A stretch of 64,000 nucleotides of DNA from Marsupella aquatica (lineage: Eukaryota > Plantae > Marchantiophyta). The notes below the pieces were generated by a model. The model searched no databases and was not told the DNA's origin. It saw only the letters and a list, made by a program, of their open reading frames with translations. This document shows, one piece after another, positions 35,770-50,537 of the stretch (position 1 is the stretch's first letter; each line of letters begins with the position of its first letter). The stretch is taken from contig OZ316895.1 in the NCBI GenBank assembly GCA_973895155.1, positions 23,386,558 through 23,450,557 of the forward strand, given 5' to 3'. The position numbers and the translations under genes were made by a program.

Positions 35770-38237
35770 GTGTGTATATTTACCTTATAGGGAGGGAAAC
35801 CCTGTGCAAGTAAAATTGCTGAGCAGCAGGGGGAAATTCCTTACTAGTAATCGCATATAAGTTGTTTTCCTCCCCAAAGAACCTTCACTGCATGTGCTGA
35901 AATCCTCTTGTTGACATGGTGTAAAGTCTTTCTAAGAGAGGACCCCACCAGCAATATTGTCGCATTGCAAATAACTTGAATCAAAGTCATGCAACCTGGA
36001 GTAGTGGAGTGGGGGTTCCAAGTCAAAAAGGTTGCCTCATAGATACCTCAGCCTTATTGGCTCTATAATAGAACATCTTAGGTTACTAAAAGTAATTTTA
36101 GTGTCCAAAATAATTATAATATTGTCACCATCTTTTGAGCATGTCACTTATTGAGGGTACCCTTAAGTTGGAGAACACATGCAACAAAAGCGATTTTGAT
36201 CCTGATCCAGTTGTCCTATTATTTGTGGTCAACCGGTTTCCTCCCATTCCTCAATAATGTTTCGAGCTTTGAAAGCTTTTCGTGCTATGAGGGCTTCATG
36301 CAGGGATGCATCAAATTATGATGTCTGTATATGGTGATTGTGAACGTATGAGAAAGCCTTCCAAGTTACCCTTTACACAGAAATTTCTTCAGCTCCAAAT
36401 TGGCTGATCCATCTACAGTGGATGCTAAAAGATCCAAAATGCCTTTCTTGTCCGTGCTTTGCTAACCTGATTTTGAAACCTTGGGTATGTTTCCTACTTG
36501 GAAGTTGTTTTGGTTCCATGTAGCTTAACATTTTTTTGGGGGAGAGGAGAGGGACAGGGCACCTCACCTGGAGCAGACTCGCCCTTACAATGGACAACAA
36601 GACTCAGCCAAGAGGCACTCCTATACATTGAGAAAGAAAAAGTTTGTGCTGAGATGTCATTTAGTATGGGGGCTTTTATGATATCAGGGCACAGGCTGGC
36701 CCACTCCAACCTCTGCCCTAGATATTATAAAAGTAGCAAAACTTCCTTCAGAAAAACTGGTGTTGGACTAAACTAACATAAAATCTTACACTCAAAGTCC
36801 GGGATGGACAAATACTTGAAACTTTGAATAATAGTGTAACTTTAGCTACTCTAAAATTTTGGGACACTCTTCTCAATCTTCTTAATCCTGGCTATTATTT
36901 CAGTACAATACCCAGTCTCTCGTGGTCCTTTTGCTCTCAACTTTGCAAAGCATTTTAAGTAGACCTTGGAGAAAGTCTCTTAAGATCGTGGAGTGTAACA
37001 GTTGGGGTATGCATGAAACTGGAGCCCTGGAGTTTCAATGGGTACCAAGGCCAATTGAAGCCGTAAAGGTTTCTTGATATAGCATGTTCGTTCTAAGACA
37101 CAGCTATTTTAACTTGTTGACCATAATGTCAATTGTATCCTTTGTAAACTACCAATTAATTTAAATAGTTTATCAAATAGCAATTATAGCATAGTATTCA
37201 AATGCATTAAAACAGTGAATCAAATAAATAAATAGAATAAAAATGCACACCTTTACGGCACTTTTTAGGTGAAAAACAAGTACATAAATTGTAAGATGTA
37301 CCCTAGAGGTCCGTAAGGTATTTTGTGTTTGACATAGAAGTATGTTAGCTTTATACTCTAGCTTTGTACTCTACTTTTAGGCCCTATTGAAAAATTCACT
37401 ATTTAGGTGACACCTGTTAACCTCTAAACCATAACGTTTGGAAAGTTTTTCACCAATGGACATATAACCTACAGGGCATCTCTGGTGTTTGTACTGGGTG
37501 CATCCTGGTGAGTCTGACCATCTCGTGCAATAGAGAATGAATGGCAGAAAAAAATCTCATCAAATACATGATAAGCTACCACAATAAGACATATCAAATC
37601 AAATGAAAATCATAAACTTGAAATAATTAAAGGGGTTAGATAATTTGTTAAATTCAAACCAATACAAAGTGAAATGATACACTAGGCCAGATTTAAAAGC
37701 AAATTCAGAACTCATATTTCTAATAAGACAAAATAAGGTAGAAGGTGTTCACCATATAGCTTTATTCTTTTCACTGCCATCTTCAAAGCTTTGGGGGGAT
37801 TGTAAGTCACATTATCAAACCATCTCCAGCAGACCAAGTAAAGCGGCTGGAAAAATGCAAAATTGGAGGCTTTTAGTGCAGAAGTTGCTGTTTAGTGTCC
37901 ATATCACAGACTTCCATCCCTAAAAACACACTGATGTACACCTTTCTGTTGTTTTGGGCTGCCACTTTTGGTCCATTTTGAGACACTCCAAACACCAACC
38001 ACCAGTCTATGATCGTGATGTTGTCACATGCAAAGAATCCAGTAACAAAGCAAGTAGTTGGAGTGAAACTAGAGGAGCCATGGAGGGGAGTGAATCCAAG
38101 ACTTGGTAAGGTCTCTGTTTTCCTGTATCACTAGTTGACCCATTGCTTGACTCTATGGCAAGTCCGGGCCACCAACTTGAGATGCTCTTAGCAAACCAGA
38201 GCACTTCTAAGTGTGGGGGGAAAACATCATGGAATGT

Positions 38238-38259
38238 CTAAACCCTAAACCCTAAACCC
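38238..38259. repeat. Short interstitial plant telomere tract (CCCTAAA)x3
   Basis: ctaaaccctaaaccctaaaccc. Confidence 0.75.
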
Positions 38260-40646
38260 ACACTTTGAGAGATGGCTCTACCTTGTGTAGTAGGTTGTAA
38301 AAGCATTTTCAGTTTGGTGGCAGATACTCCCCAAACAATAGAAATAGAGGTGCAGTTATGGGAATGAGATGGCCATATTGCTATCCACAGTCCACAGCCC
38401 CACCCAAAAGCAGCCAGACTGACCCGTATTCATTTTTATTCATTTGGTAAAACGGAGCAGTTGTGATGATCTCTAAGTTATGTGGAGTGTGAAGTGTGAA
38501 GTGTGAACCAGAGGACATCCGAGGTGCACGACTGATTGTGAAGGAGGGTGCTCAGTTCCACGTGACTTTGTTGTCCTCCCTTTCTTTCTGAGGGCATTAT
38601 TATGGTACAAACGCTGGACAGTCTTGACGATTGCTGTACTACTGATGAATGGCTCCAGAATCTCCTTCCATTGGTATACAGTCACAACTTTATAATCCTT
38701 TGTTATCCTTACGCGCTGGTTATTATGGTGTCTCGACAAATTTACTGTCAATGACTGTCACCAGTTGTTGTACTGTTGTCCAAGACATACACTTGTCTCT
38801 CTCTACTGCACAATCCATATGTGAAAACCCTGGATAAGTGCAATGACTCCCGTTCTTCCCATTTTTCTGTGTAGTTTGCACTGTTGAAACTTTGCTAGTG
38901 CAAACAGGCCAGCAATTCAGAAAATATTTCACAAGAAACATGAGAGCTATATAAGTGAAAACCATTGATAAATGCACATGAACACATATCATTAAGTGCA
39001 TAATCCCACTGATTTACACTAAGCGATATTTGCATGACAGTTTTCTGTAGAGTAAGAATTGCACTTCTGGTGGTGTTGGAGATCACATCTAGGCAAGGAT
39101 GGGCGTCACAAGAATGCTCACTGACAGTGGAACCACTTTGGCACAAATCCCACTATTGGCACACCAGATGCTCTGGATGCTGCCCGGGAGTGTGCACTTA
39201 GAGAGAGAGAGAGTACTGTTGGTTCTTGGCAAATCAGTTGACTCAACTGTTCCAAGCTTAGGCACCTCACCAAGAGAATTAGAGAAACGAAGTAATTAAT
39301 GTGTACGAGAGTAGTTCTTGTAAAGTGCCTGGTGAGGTGGGTACAGGAAGTATGGGTTCAATTTTCCAAAACTTTGGATTCGAGTAGATATTTATTGCAA
39401 CAACTTCGTGAGAAATTGGTAATTGGCTCAATCCCTCTTGTCTTTGGATTCTTGAAGATCTCGGTATGACAATGAAGTTGCGAGGAAGGAATCAACTCCT
39501 TTATTACATAAAAAGGTGGGAAACTCTGAAATAGAACAATGGAAGACAACAGGGCATGAGCCAGGAGAGGAAACCTAACGAGAATTATGATACATATGAG
39601 CACTTATTACCCTGATGTGGTTGTACTGTAACTTAGCTCCCTACCCTCCATGCCAAAAGTCATTTTATTTGCTTCCAAACGTGGCCGGTGGCCATTTAAG
39701 ATTTCCCAACCAAGAAATTGACTTAGACTATTTTTCCCTGTGTTTCACTTATCTAGCAGCCAATTCCACCAATAACATTTTTTTCTGGGGCGGTTGCTCA
39801 TGTAAAGTTTCCTGCTGTCATGTTTGGAATTTTATTTCCTCCCCCTTTCTCGAAAGTGCATATTTTCCAGCCCACACTTTTGTGAGGTCAGATTTTGACA
39901 CTGGGATATTATTACTTGTGGGGACCAGATTATGACCAAGACCCATGCAGTACAAGTTTATTAAAAAGATGCCTGGTCGCTAAGCTCTAAATTACATAAT
40001 ACATGGAGAAGAGGCCAGCCAATCCTGCTATGCGACAGTACATCAAGAAGAGTCTTCCATAACTTCATGTCTCTAGAACCTAGAAAAGGAAGGAGAGGGA
40101 AAGTCCCTCGAATCTTGTTCATCATGTATGGACACCTCGTCCACAATTAATGAGCTCCTTCTTGGAGGGTCACTGCATGTCACACATGTAAATCGGTCAA
40201 TGTACTTCAGACCACCCCACACCAAAGTCGAGAACTTCCATGCCATCTGGAATCACAATCAATGAAGAGAGAAATTGTGTTCCTAACCTCTTTCAGGATG
40301 CCTCCAGTGAGTTTGTATATTACAAATAGCTTAGTTTTAGCATGATTGTGGAAAGATGCTATATCGCTTGAAGGACTGAGTCGTTGTAAAAATAAAGGAA
40401 AGAGCACCTATGAACCAAAAACATAAAAAGTGCCAAACCCGGAGACAGGATGGATCCACACGAGACAGGAGACTGAATAGAGGGGAGAAAACCCAAGAAA
40501 ACCAAAGATCTAAACATTATTCAGGGATCTCCGCCCCCCCCCCCCCCCAAATCCCATATTGGGTCCCCTGATTTGGGATGTTGTATTCAGGTTTCTACCT
40601 TTTTGTTCTTTGGAATGTGGTATATATTTCCCTCATAGAGTTGTTA

Positions 40647-40839
40647 ACATCCATTGCCATACATTGTAAATGAATGACACCAAAATACTTACGATAGATG
40701 TCCCTATGATTAATGGACGAGAGAGGATTGGTCATTGATTCACATCCATTGCCATACATTGTAAATGAATGACACCAAAATACTTACGATAGATGTCCCT
40801 ATGATCATTGGACGAGAGAGGATTGGTCATTGATTCACA
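40647..40839. repeat. Tandem duplication, 95-bp period
   Basis: acatccattgccatacattgtaaatgaatgacacc..ggtcattgattc twice, 2 mismatches. Confidence 0.9.
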
Positions 40840-41028
40840 ATGTATGGTAATGCATGCTCAAGCTACAAGCATGGCAATGGATGCTACATGTATCACAAAG
40901 GATGACCCTAAAATTTTCAGAAGTTTCACAAGCACTACCAAATTTTTTGTCCTAGTAAATTTTTTCCCGACTGGAATTTCGAATAATCAATTTATCTTTT
41001 TATAGTCCCTACTGTAGTCCCTACTGTA

Positions 41029-41214
41029 GGATGGAATAAGACTGAGGATGGTTTCAGCTTCAATATTTAATTAATTTTGGATAAGTCCCTAGTGCAGTTG
41101 TTGGTAGGAATGGATGGAATAAGACTGAGGATGGTTTCAGCTTCAATAATTAATTAATTTTGGATAGTCCCAAGTGCAGTTGTTGGTAGGAATGGATGGA
41201 AATGACTGAGGATG
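41029..41214. repeat. Tandem repeat, ~83-bp period, 2.2 copies
   Basis: ggatggaataagactgaggatggtttcagcttcaata..gtgcagttgttggtaggaat at 41029 and 41112, partial at 41194. Confidence 0.9.
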
Positions 41215-44200
41215 GAAATCCAGAAACCAAAGAGTTCAGTTATCTCAGTCTGAGCCATTTTTTTTCCTTGTTTTTCAACCGTAGCCAAGATGGCCTACAG
41301 AGAAGCACAGGTATAGTAACGCAATATTTTGGTCCAATTATACAGTACTTTATGGTTATAACACTCCCCCATAGCGCATTAGGTGGTGGTGAAAGAAACA
41401 TAATTTTTAAAATTTCAACCTGAGTATACTTTATGATTATTGTAGAATATTTCCTAGCTAACACTCCCCTAGCACATTAGAAAACATAATTTTTAAAATT
41501 TCAACCTGAGTATCATTAGACTGCCTGTATTCTAGGAAGGCGATTGGCTAATTTTTGGCCAGAAAAAAATGGCTGCCCAGTCTACCTTACCTATTTTTTC
41601 TTATTTCCTGTCGCAAAGAAGAACCAATTATTGCCTTTTTGCGTGTTCACATTTTACTCATTGATGTCCCCAAACTTTGTACCTTTAATTTTCTCGATCC
41701 ATGAGGAGAACCTTTGCTTTTGCCAAATTATTGCTTTCAATCAAAAAAGGCCATTCCTATTATTTTCTAGCCTTCTCCAAACGACTACCCAGCGATTCTC
41801 TTTTTCCCCCTTTTGGAGCCTATGATTTCGTCTGATTCCTCGGTTCCGAGCTCCCATCCTGCTCAAGAATTTCCTTCAACCAATCATTCCATTCATGGAG
41901 CTCTCCTTCTGTGGCAGTTCCTAGCCACGTTTCATTTCGGTTTGCGGTCCGTCACTGCGATTTACCACGAAGAAAAGAGAAAAGAGACAAGACAGCAGGC
42001 AGATTCCTGTCTAGAGTAGGCCGTCGATGACCGCGTCTCCCGTTCTAATCCATGCATAGCAAGCAAGTCAAGGCATGCTTGCTTGCTAGCTGGGATTTCC
42101 TCGCGCTCCTTTGCCACGCCCACGCTCAATCAATTGCCTACTGGAGATCCTGATGCTACGTTTGCAACTTTGGATTGCTTTGCCTCAATTCGCAGCCTGC
42201 TTGATAATGCTGAGTCCGCCTCAACACCGAACGGGATGAACGTTCCGTTTGCCCAACCACAGCACCCCACACCACACCACAAGAAAAGCTCCAGTCCGCA
42301 AAGATTGCAGAAAAAGACGCTTGAACATCACCTTTGGCAAACTCAAAACTCACTCTCGCTGTGTGAGAGAAATTTTACCCACACATTTGGACTACGATGT
42401 GAGAGTTGAGAGTTCTCAAGGCAAAACATTTTTCTCACAATTCACACACAAAGTAGTCCGGTAGAGACTGATGCATGCTTGGTGGAAATAATTGAAGCTT
42501 CTAGGTGACCGCAATCTTTCGCAGTTGCCAATGATAATGTGTGAACCTCAGACTCACTCGAATGTCATGCTGAGGGTAAAATAATTTGCCGCGCGACATA
42601 AAGTATCCCAATTCCACATGACAAAGCACTCAAAAAACCTGAATCCTAGGGCAGCAGCAAGGAAAAGGTGGAATCTGCGGCGGAACTGAAATCCGTCAAC
42701 CACGGCATAGGTTGAGACGGAGTCACGGAGAGATTGTTGTGTACCGTAAATAAAAGTGTCTGGTGATTGTATGGCCGGCGGCAGCCAGCCAGTATTGCTA
42801 CAGAAGATGCCGCCCTGCTTTAACATCGAAAGGAAGCTCAACTGAGATTCCGTCACATTGCGCGGTTGACTTGTGGACAGGAAGTGACGAGTTGAAATTC
42901 GAGCCTCGAAAGGGTTGCGAGATTAGATTACGGTAGATTCTACGTACATTTTCGGGCCGAAAGAGCAGTATTATGAGAACGTATCTGTGAATGCGTTGAG
43001 TTCATGCATCCCCAATTGGTGCATGTAAAGCAAGAAAAAAGTCGTGGTTGATGATCGATCAGTGATTCTAGCAATTCCCCCTACTAGTGCCACTTTTCTT
43101 TAGGGAGATTACGCAAGCAATTTTCTCTTTTGGGCTCCAACGAAGGAAAATAATGGACGCTAGGAATAGACACAAAGGTTTGATCCGATGCTCAAATGAA
43201 AAGGCGAAACCTTGATGGACACAAATGTAATGTTTAAGTTTGACTGGATGCTCGAATGGACACAAATGGAATGCTCAAATTTACTTGCATAACATTGCTT
43301 TACACTTCTATTACAAAGATGATATCTAATTTGATTTGGTTTTCAGTTGATTCCTCCAGTTTTCTGTCCATGGAGCAGCCTAGATTTTCATTCAGTTGAA
43401 TAAATGGTGTTTTTTAAATGAAAGGGTGATATTGCGCCAGTTTATTCCAAAGGCGCCGCGGCGAAGAGCAGCAGGGCAAAAAAGAATAACAAACCCAAGG
43501 GGCCAGAGCACACAAGAACCAAAATCCAAAGAGGCAAAACCCACCCCAAGAAGCCTAAAATTGCCTCAGCACGTGTGCACAACATGCAAGATGGAGGCAA
43601 GGTGAGCCACCCAAAAAAACAAAAAAGACAGCCAAGACTCTAGGCCTGGAGCACTCCCAAAAGAGTATGTGGCAGTCACACTGACAAGAGCAAGCATTAC
43701 AAACCAGTGGAAGAGCGAGTTCACAACATTGCTCTTTCAGTCATAGCAGTGAGTTCGGTGAGGGTCTGACTCAACTGTCTGGCCTTTTGCATGCTCTGAG
43801 TGCGTTGAAGCGTAGCTTGAACATTCACAGCAGTTGAATGAATGGTTACGGTTTATGTAATCTCTTACACTTCCATATCACGACACTATAAGCTTCTGGG
43901 ATTACCATAACACTCCAAAGTTCCTGGAGCTGTCAGAGTAGCAATGTCAAACATTTGTGTTTATCGGGCTTCTTGGAAGCCAATTATTCTAAAAAGTATT
44001 TTCTATTCAAACATGTTGCTTGCATAGGGTTACTAAGCTTGCATGGGATCTGTGAAAACATAAAATATAACCAGGCTTGCACAAGGACTTGTATCCAAAG
44101 GGATTTCCACCATGTTGGCCAGCCAAGTGTCATGGAGGGCCCAGGCAATGCTCCATATCAAATCTACTCATTCCAAAAGCTTGTCAATTGCTGGTGCACT

Positions 44201-47200
44201 GGTGCTAAGCAAGCTGCGTTGCATTGGGGAGGGTCCACTCATAGTTGGTTTTGTTCTCAAAGGCATTTGCCAGTGCTTAACCTGAGATGTAAAGGAAAGA
44301 GAGGGTCCATGCCAGTTGGCTACTTGCTCAAAAGCTGGTTCCCTTAAACCTCCAGTGTGCCCAAAGCAAAACTTGGTGGACCCCGTCACCATAAAATAAT
44401 TCTAACAAAGCAAAAAGTGACTATTGTGTCCACCCAAAACTTGCATACAATGGCATTCAAAAAAGAAAACAAGTAGAAGTCCCACAACTCAATATGCTAT
44501 GTTCCAAAGGGTTTCCTTCAAGTGTAGGCTGGCCTGGTGCGTTGAGTGGGCTCAGTGGGGTGGGGGTTTCCTCTATAGAAGTACTCAACTAGTGGTTTGG
44601 TGTCAAAACCCTTTCCTAGTTTTAGGCAAGGTTGTATTGACAAGGGTCTGCTACTCAGAACTGATTTTGTGTCCCAACTCAAAATATTTTGTCTACTACA
44701 CAAGCATGCATCTTGTTTTCTTTATTCTTTGGGCACTAAAGAAATTCAGAAGCTTATTGAGAATCATCCATGAATCTTGTTTTCAAACTGCAATTGCCTT
44801 TCCAATTCACTATTCTTCGTAGGGCCTAGGCGGCTGGTTTGAGAGCCTCTAGTCAACCTTGTATGCGGATTACTCCAGAGCTACCAGGCTTTTTGGTTTT
44901 CTGTTCGATAGGACTTCAGTTCTTTTGCCATTTTGGGGGACTCTCAGGCTTTTGCATTGGCTCTTGGGAGGGGTCCACTTCTGAGTATTGACTATGTGCT
45001 CAAACTCCAAAGGCCTCTGTGTGAGCTGAGCTGTTTTGCAGTATCAACTTTGTCCCCAGGCAGGGGTCTTTCCAAATGCACAGGGTAGCTTGTATTGGGA
45101 TGGGTCCACTACTTCGCTTCATGTCATGTCAAATGGACAGGGAGAACTGGGCTGGATTTTCTCCATAAGGCCATCATGCTTCGTTAGACCACTAAATAAA
45201 CATATGCTTCGTTTTCTCCATAAGGCCACGATTTAGCAGAGAAGAAAATAACTAAATAAACATATGTCTTGTGTATAAGCCTGACTTTGTCTTCAATTAG
45301 ACCACTCCTATCTCAATTGACTCAGAATTTGCATGGTCTGACCTTTCTGGCAAATATGAACTTCCTTGTTCACTTCCCTTTTCGTATTTGGTTGACAGGT
45401 TTTGGGTTCACATGCTAAGTTTTGGTGTCAAACCAACTGTAAGAGCACCTCCAATGGTTATAGCAGTCTTTGACTGGGTACAGCTAATACAGCCTCATGA
45501 TCCCACCAGTTCTTTTTGTTTTGAAATTTAAACCCATAAATTCCAAAGGGAAGGGGGACCAAGAAAGGGCCATTACAAAATCCCAACAACGGAAAGGCAC
45601 TCGAGAAAAGCCAGGGCACGGTCTGCAAGCAAGAGGGCGCGAGAAACCCAAACAAACTACAATCAATCAACTAAAAAGCTACAGGAGCACTTGATCCCAC
45701 CAGGGTTTAGCCAGTGGGATGTGCTTTCAGTGCTGGACCCATCTGTGGTATTTCTGCATCTTTTCACTGCCAACGTATTCTATAAAGCTCAAACTAATGT
45801 TTAGTAGAATGGAGCCTAAAGTTTAGTAGAGTGGAACCCTACATACATGACAGAGGAAGAGGGGAATGGGGTGGGACTATTGGGGAGCGACTTGAGGGAC
45901 AAAATTTCAACTCTTAACATGCAAAAGCATGAGTAACTGGCTAGCGCTCATAAAAATCATAAAAATTCACATTCTCCCAGGAGGAAAGCAGCATCAGCTA
46001 CTTGGGCCACTCTAAGAGCACTCCCCACTGGTCTCTACAAAAAGGAATTTGTAAAGGCACTAAAAACCAACAGCCTGGGTCAATTGGTGCAAATTAAGCA
46101 TCGTTCACCAATCTGATGTTCATGCATGGCAATGAATGATGATACAGTGCTCAATCAAACACCCACACCCACAACCACAAGAGTCAGTAACAAATGGAAT
46201 TCTTGATAGGACAAAAATAGTGATTCCCTTTGATCAATGATGTGATTGTCTCTGCTTTTCTGGGACTTTGAAAGCATGGTACTGAAATCATGGACCTCCA
46301 CAAGATGGTGGGCGGTAGAAGGGAAACAAACAAAGAGTTGATTGGAATCTCGGTTGCTTTCACCGATGCCAGCCATGAGCATGAATATTGCTAAATCTGC
46401 ATGGTTTTACGAGTCATTGACATACTGTGCTTTGTCGCCCAACTATTTTTGTGAGGTCAGCATTGGCACTTTTTGAGACGCTTGATGAGGCATGGGGATA
46501 AAAAAGCCAGCCATGCTTTGGTCGGGGTTTGTGAAAAATTCTCTGCATATAAAATGGTTTGGATATTTTCAGCAGCATTATTGAACCACTAGCATCTCCA
46601 TTTGTTCTGTTTCTTTATCTGGGACCACATTGCAATGCCTAGGAGATGTCACCATGAGGTGACTTCGCTCAATAATGAGGAACATGGAGGAAATCATTTG
46701 TCAAAGCAACAAGAGTTACCCCAAAAAGGAAACCATGCTCAGCAAATGGGCCTAGATGTGCTATGATGGTGTGGGCACACCGTGGTTGGGACTCGTGTGA
46801 AAATGCATACCCTCTCCAGTTCCCAATCAGACTCGTAAAGGATTCACTTTGTCACCAAAGCCTTGATCCTGGCTTCTAAGAGCATTGTTATTGCTGCAAG
46901 TGTCCATCTTCATCATGATTCTGAGCTCTCTCACCATGGACCCACGATATAATTGTGGGGAGGAAATACTTTAGCAAAGTTGGGATCCAGCTGGTCAGGT
47001 GGGTCAGCATAAGCTTTGTAACAGTTGAGTTCAAGCCACGTCGAACATACATACGGACCCTTCCTTCGTAGCATTGGGGGTTTAGGAAACAAAGGAGGGA
47101 CTGGAACTGGTGGGGTGAAGAATACATTCAGTCCAAGCATTATATGGGAATCTAGTGCACAACCTACAGTAGCATTTTTATCTCCTTTTTAGTACATCAT

Positions 47201-50200
47201 CAATTATTGCAATTTTTAAAAGTTATTCTACTGTTTTAAGGCCCTGTTTTTGTCTCCACATCAATCTTAGACCAGGGACACAAGTAACCACAATCATGAA
47301 CCAGCAGACATAGAAAGTGCAGATCTCTTGGGCGCGGCCTGCTGATCTTTGTCTGGTTTTATGCCTCTATGCATTGCATTTTCACTACAGTAGAATATAG
47401 CTATAAATTAAGCAACGGTGTGAGATGAAAGATCATCTTTGCCGTTAAGCTCAAAAAAGAGTAATGGCAAATTGTCATACCCCGACAAAGATTGATTCAT
47501 GAAACTCTAGTTGAGATTGTGGGGCAGTGCTTTGAACTCAAAGTTGTCTCATTCTTGATGTTCTCTCACTGGTTATCTCATTTTGCTCCAGTGCAACTTA
47601 GAGCAAAGCACTAAAAACCCACTATCAGAGATAGCAACCTGTGGGCCTCTTCTTGCCCAATTTCAACCTCTTGAGGTGGCCTTGTTGAAGTCACCTTCTG
47701 GCCTTCACAATGTTTGCAATTTCCTCAATGTGGCTCCAGATCGCCTGCCATCGCAAGGGAACAACTCCTCGTGCTAAGGAGATGATGAACTTCTTTGGCT
47801 GAAAGCACCACCATACTATCAAGTTTCACCAAAACTCAAAAAACAAAAACCATCAAGATTCACTGAAGGGTTTTGTTGTCAATATATAGTCACCAGGATA
47901 AAACAACTTGTTGACCTGCCTATGAGTAGGCACCGTTATTTTTGCGTTGCACATTGAGAACTTGGTCCAATGGGTGGTTTCTCTTAATGCAGTAGAGTGA
48001 AATTTATTAAGACAAGAAAAGTGACCAAGATAGGTCATATTGGTCATGATTGTTGCACAATAATCTCAAGCAAAAGGCTTTCATGAGCTTCCCCATTTTT
48101 TTTCCTTAAAGAGCCACTACAGTAGCCAGCTTGCCTATTTCTCCCTTAAAGCCCAAAGCAGACCCATCCAACAGAGGATAGACCTTCTGCTCTGGAGCTT
48201 GTCCAGACCCATCCAACTGAGGATAGACCTTCTGCTCCTGAGCTTGTCTATTCTTTGTGGACCACACTTTGATGTGCTCTGCTGTGGTTTGTGGCTTTTT
48301 CTTTGTAAGACACGGTGCAATTTTATTCCAAGACTACCAGAGGGGTTTATGTACTGAGACAACCATGCCTCATTGTCAAACTTATTCCTGCCACTTTCGA
48401 TCCTCTGAATTTCTACTATGTTGCCTCTTGAATGGGCCTTCTCGTTTGCAGAAAGTTAAACCCACGAGATTGTCTGATGGTTTCGGCTATGTGGAAAATT
48501 ACTACAATAATGGATGCCCCACAACAGTCAGCAATGGATGCCCCGCAACAGTCATATTGCTCTCGTCGTATTACTTGGACGGCATTTGCATTGTCGTGTC
48601 CTAAATATGCAATGCTGCAAACAACCAAGAACTCTCCAAAGCCCCAAGCTGCTGGGACTTGCACTGTACAGGCAAGAGAGGGATGTGACATTCGAGTCTT
48701 GTCTGTTCCCAAAAGAACGTTTGGAGAGAACGGAGTCTCCTCCATAGAGATATTGGGAAGTGCGTTATGTCGAGAGACAGTCGTGTCTGCTGATCTGCTC
48801 CCAGTCTTGCTTCAAAATGCCCGAGCGGGAAGATTCTCCAGCGTTCAACTCGAGTTCAAGATAGGCTGGGGAGTGGGGATCAGGGCGGTGGGAGGGAAGG
48901 GAGAGACAGACAGGCAAGCATGCACCCATGCGTGCAAGCAAGAATGCAGCTGTCCCCGAGATTCTTTCCATGGACCGTTAACAAAATAGCACGAGGTCAT
49001 ATGGTCAATTGTGGTTGATGGGTCGTGCCCGTATCGTAGCTGACAATGAATTATGGCTGTCATTCTGCTAGGAGTACAAGATCTGTCTACCCCAACTGCC
49101 CCCTTCACCAAGAAGCCAAAGCAGAAGAGGAATATGGGAGTGGGTCGGAGAGCTCGTTGCTCATGACTGTCGTGGAGATTTCTTGCACTTCTTGCTTCCG
49201 GCCCTGTCGCTTCGCCCGCCTAAGCCGCCCACACCACTTATGTTTCTGCTCATGCACTCATCTTTCGTGGGTGTCTTTTCACTGCCTCACTAACAGGTCC
49301 AGGTTAGGTTTCCAGGTTTTTGTCTCCCCATGCGAGCTACAGTACGCACAGAATGTGTGCTATTTTTCGCCCAAGGTAATTGATAAGTGTGTCAAGACAA
49401 AAAACTAGGTTAGGTTTCGGTTCTCTGCAGTGAGAAAATTCTATGAAAGCCTTTTTCAGGGGTAGTTTATCAATTATGGCGACCTAGGTTTCCATATCTG
49501 GGGGCTAAAAGTCTTTCTTCTGCAGCGGTGAACCTCTTTTGGCATTGTCCAGAGGCGCTATAAGTTGCCTCAATGAAACTGCTGTCGTACTGGCTCGAGG
49601 AAGAAGGAAAAGCACATACAGTGACAGTTCGTTCGGTGATGCAAACTTTGACCGAGAACACTTGCCTGTTGTGGTAAATGTGAGGTACACAATTGTCTAT
49701 TATTGGGCAGATTGTGTTCCACAGAAAGATCCTGGCTCCTTTTGCCTAGGATGATTATAATTCATTCCATCAGAAACTGGTTTCCTTCTTTTTGCCTCGA
49801 AAATTCTCATTGAATTCCACAAGTTCCTATCAGTATTTCTATCATTGCCCAGGTGAGGAACGAATGAACATGAATTCACAAACAACGTGTTCTCTAAAAA
49901 GTAGCATTCGGTAGAGGGGCGAGTAAATGCCCATAGTGAACTGCGGAGCAAGGAGAGGTAAACTGTGGTCCTAGGTGAAGTACTCCCATTTCATCCTTGA
50001 TCTGACTAAACCCATATTGCACTCCCAAGCCTGCTCCCTTTTTTTTGCTTCTCTCGTCTTCTCTCGAGATGATGTCGCTTGTAGCTTCATTCTTGTTTCT
50101 TCTAGGCACCCACTGTATGACTGTAGGTGTTGCCTGACGCGGGGATAGTCATATGAAAGATGATTGTCGCTTATAGCTTTATTCTTGTTCGTTCTAGGCA

Positions 50201-50537
50201 CCCACTATAGGTGTTGTCTTGCGCAGGATAGGGGGATGACGAGGCCATAATCATACTAATTGCGTTCATGCGGCAGAGAACTCATCATCGCAGGCTAATA
50301 CTTTTGATGAAAGTCCGAAAAGGAAATAAAAGCTTGTCGGCTTTCAGTATGGGCGTGGTTTATGAGACGTTGCAGTTCTTAATTTGGCCTACAGTTGTTC
50401 TCGAAGAAAGAAATAAGAGTCTATCCCTTGCCCGACAAATAAGAGTCTATCAATTACGGGAATCTAGACACAGCAGAGCACTTCAATGCTGGATCCCGCA
50501 CCAAGCAAGCAACGCTGACTACTGTAGTTCGGCGATT

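Noticed and set aside
47383-47500. CACTA-like terminus cactacagtagaa
   Set aside because: No matching right terminus or 3-bp TSD found.
48432-48989. 185-aa plus-strand ORF
   Set aside because: Contains a 24-bp duplication and no recognisable motif or exon support.
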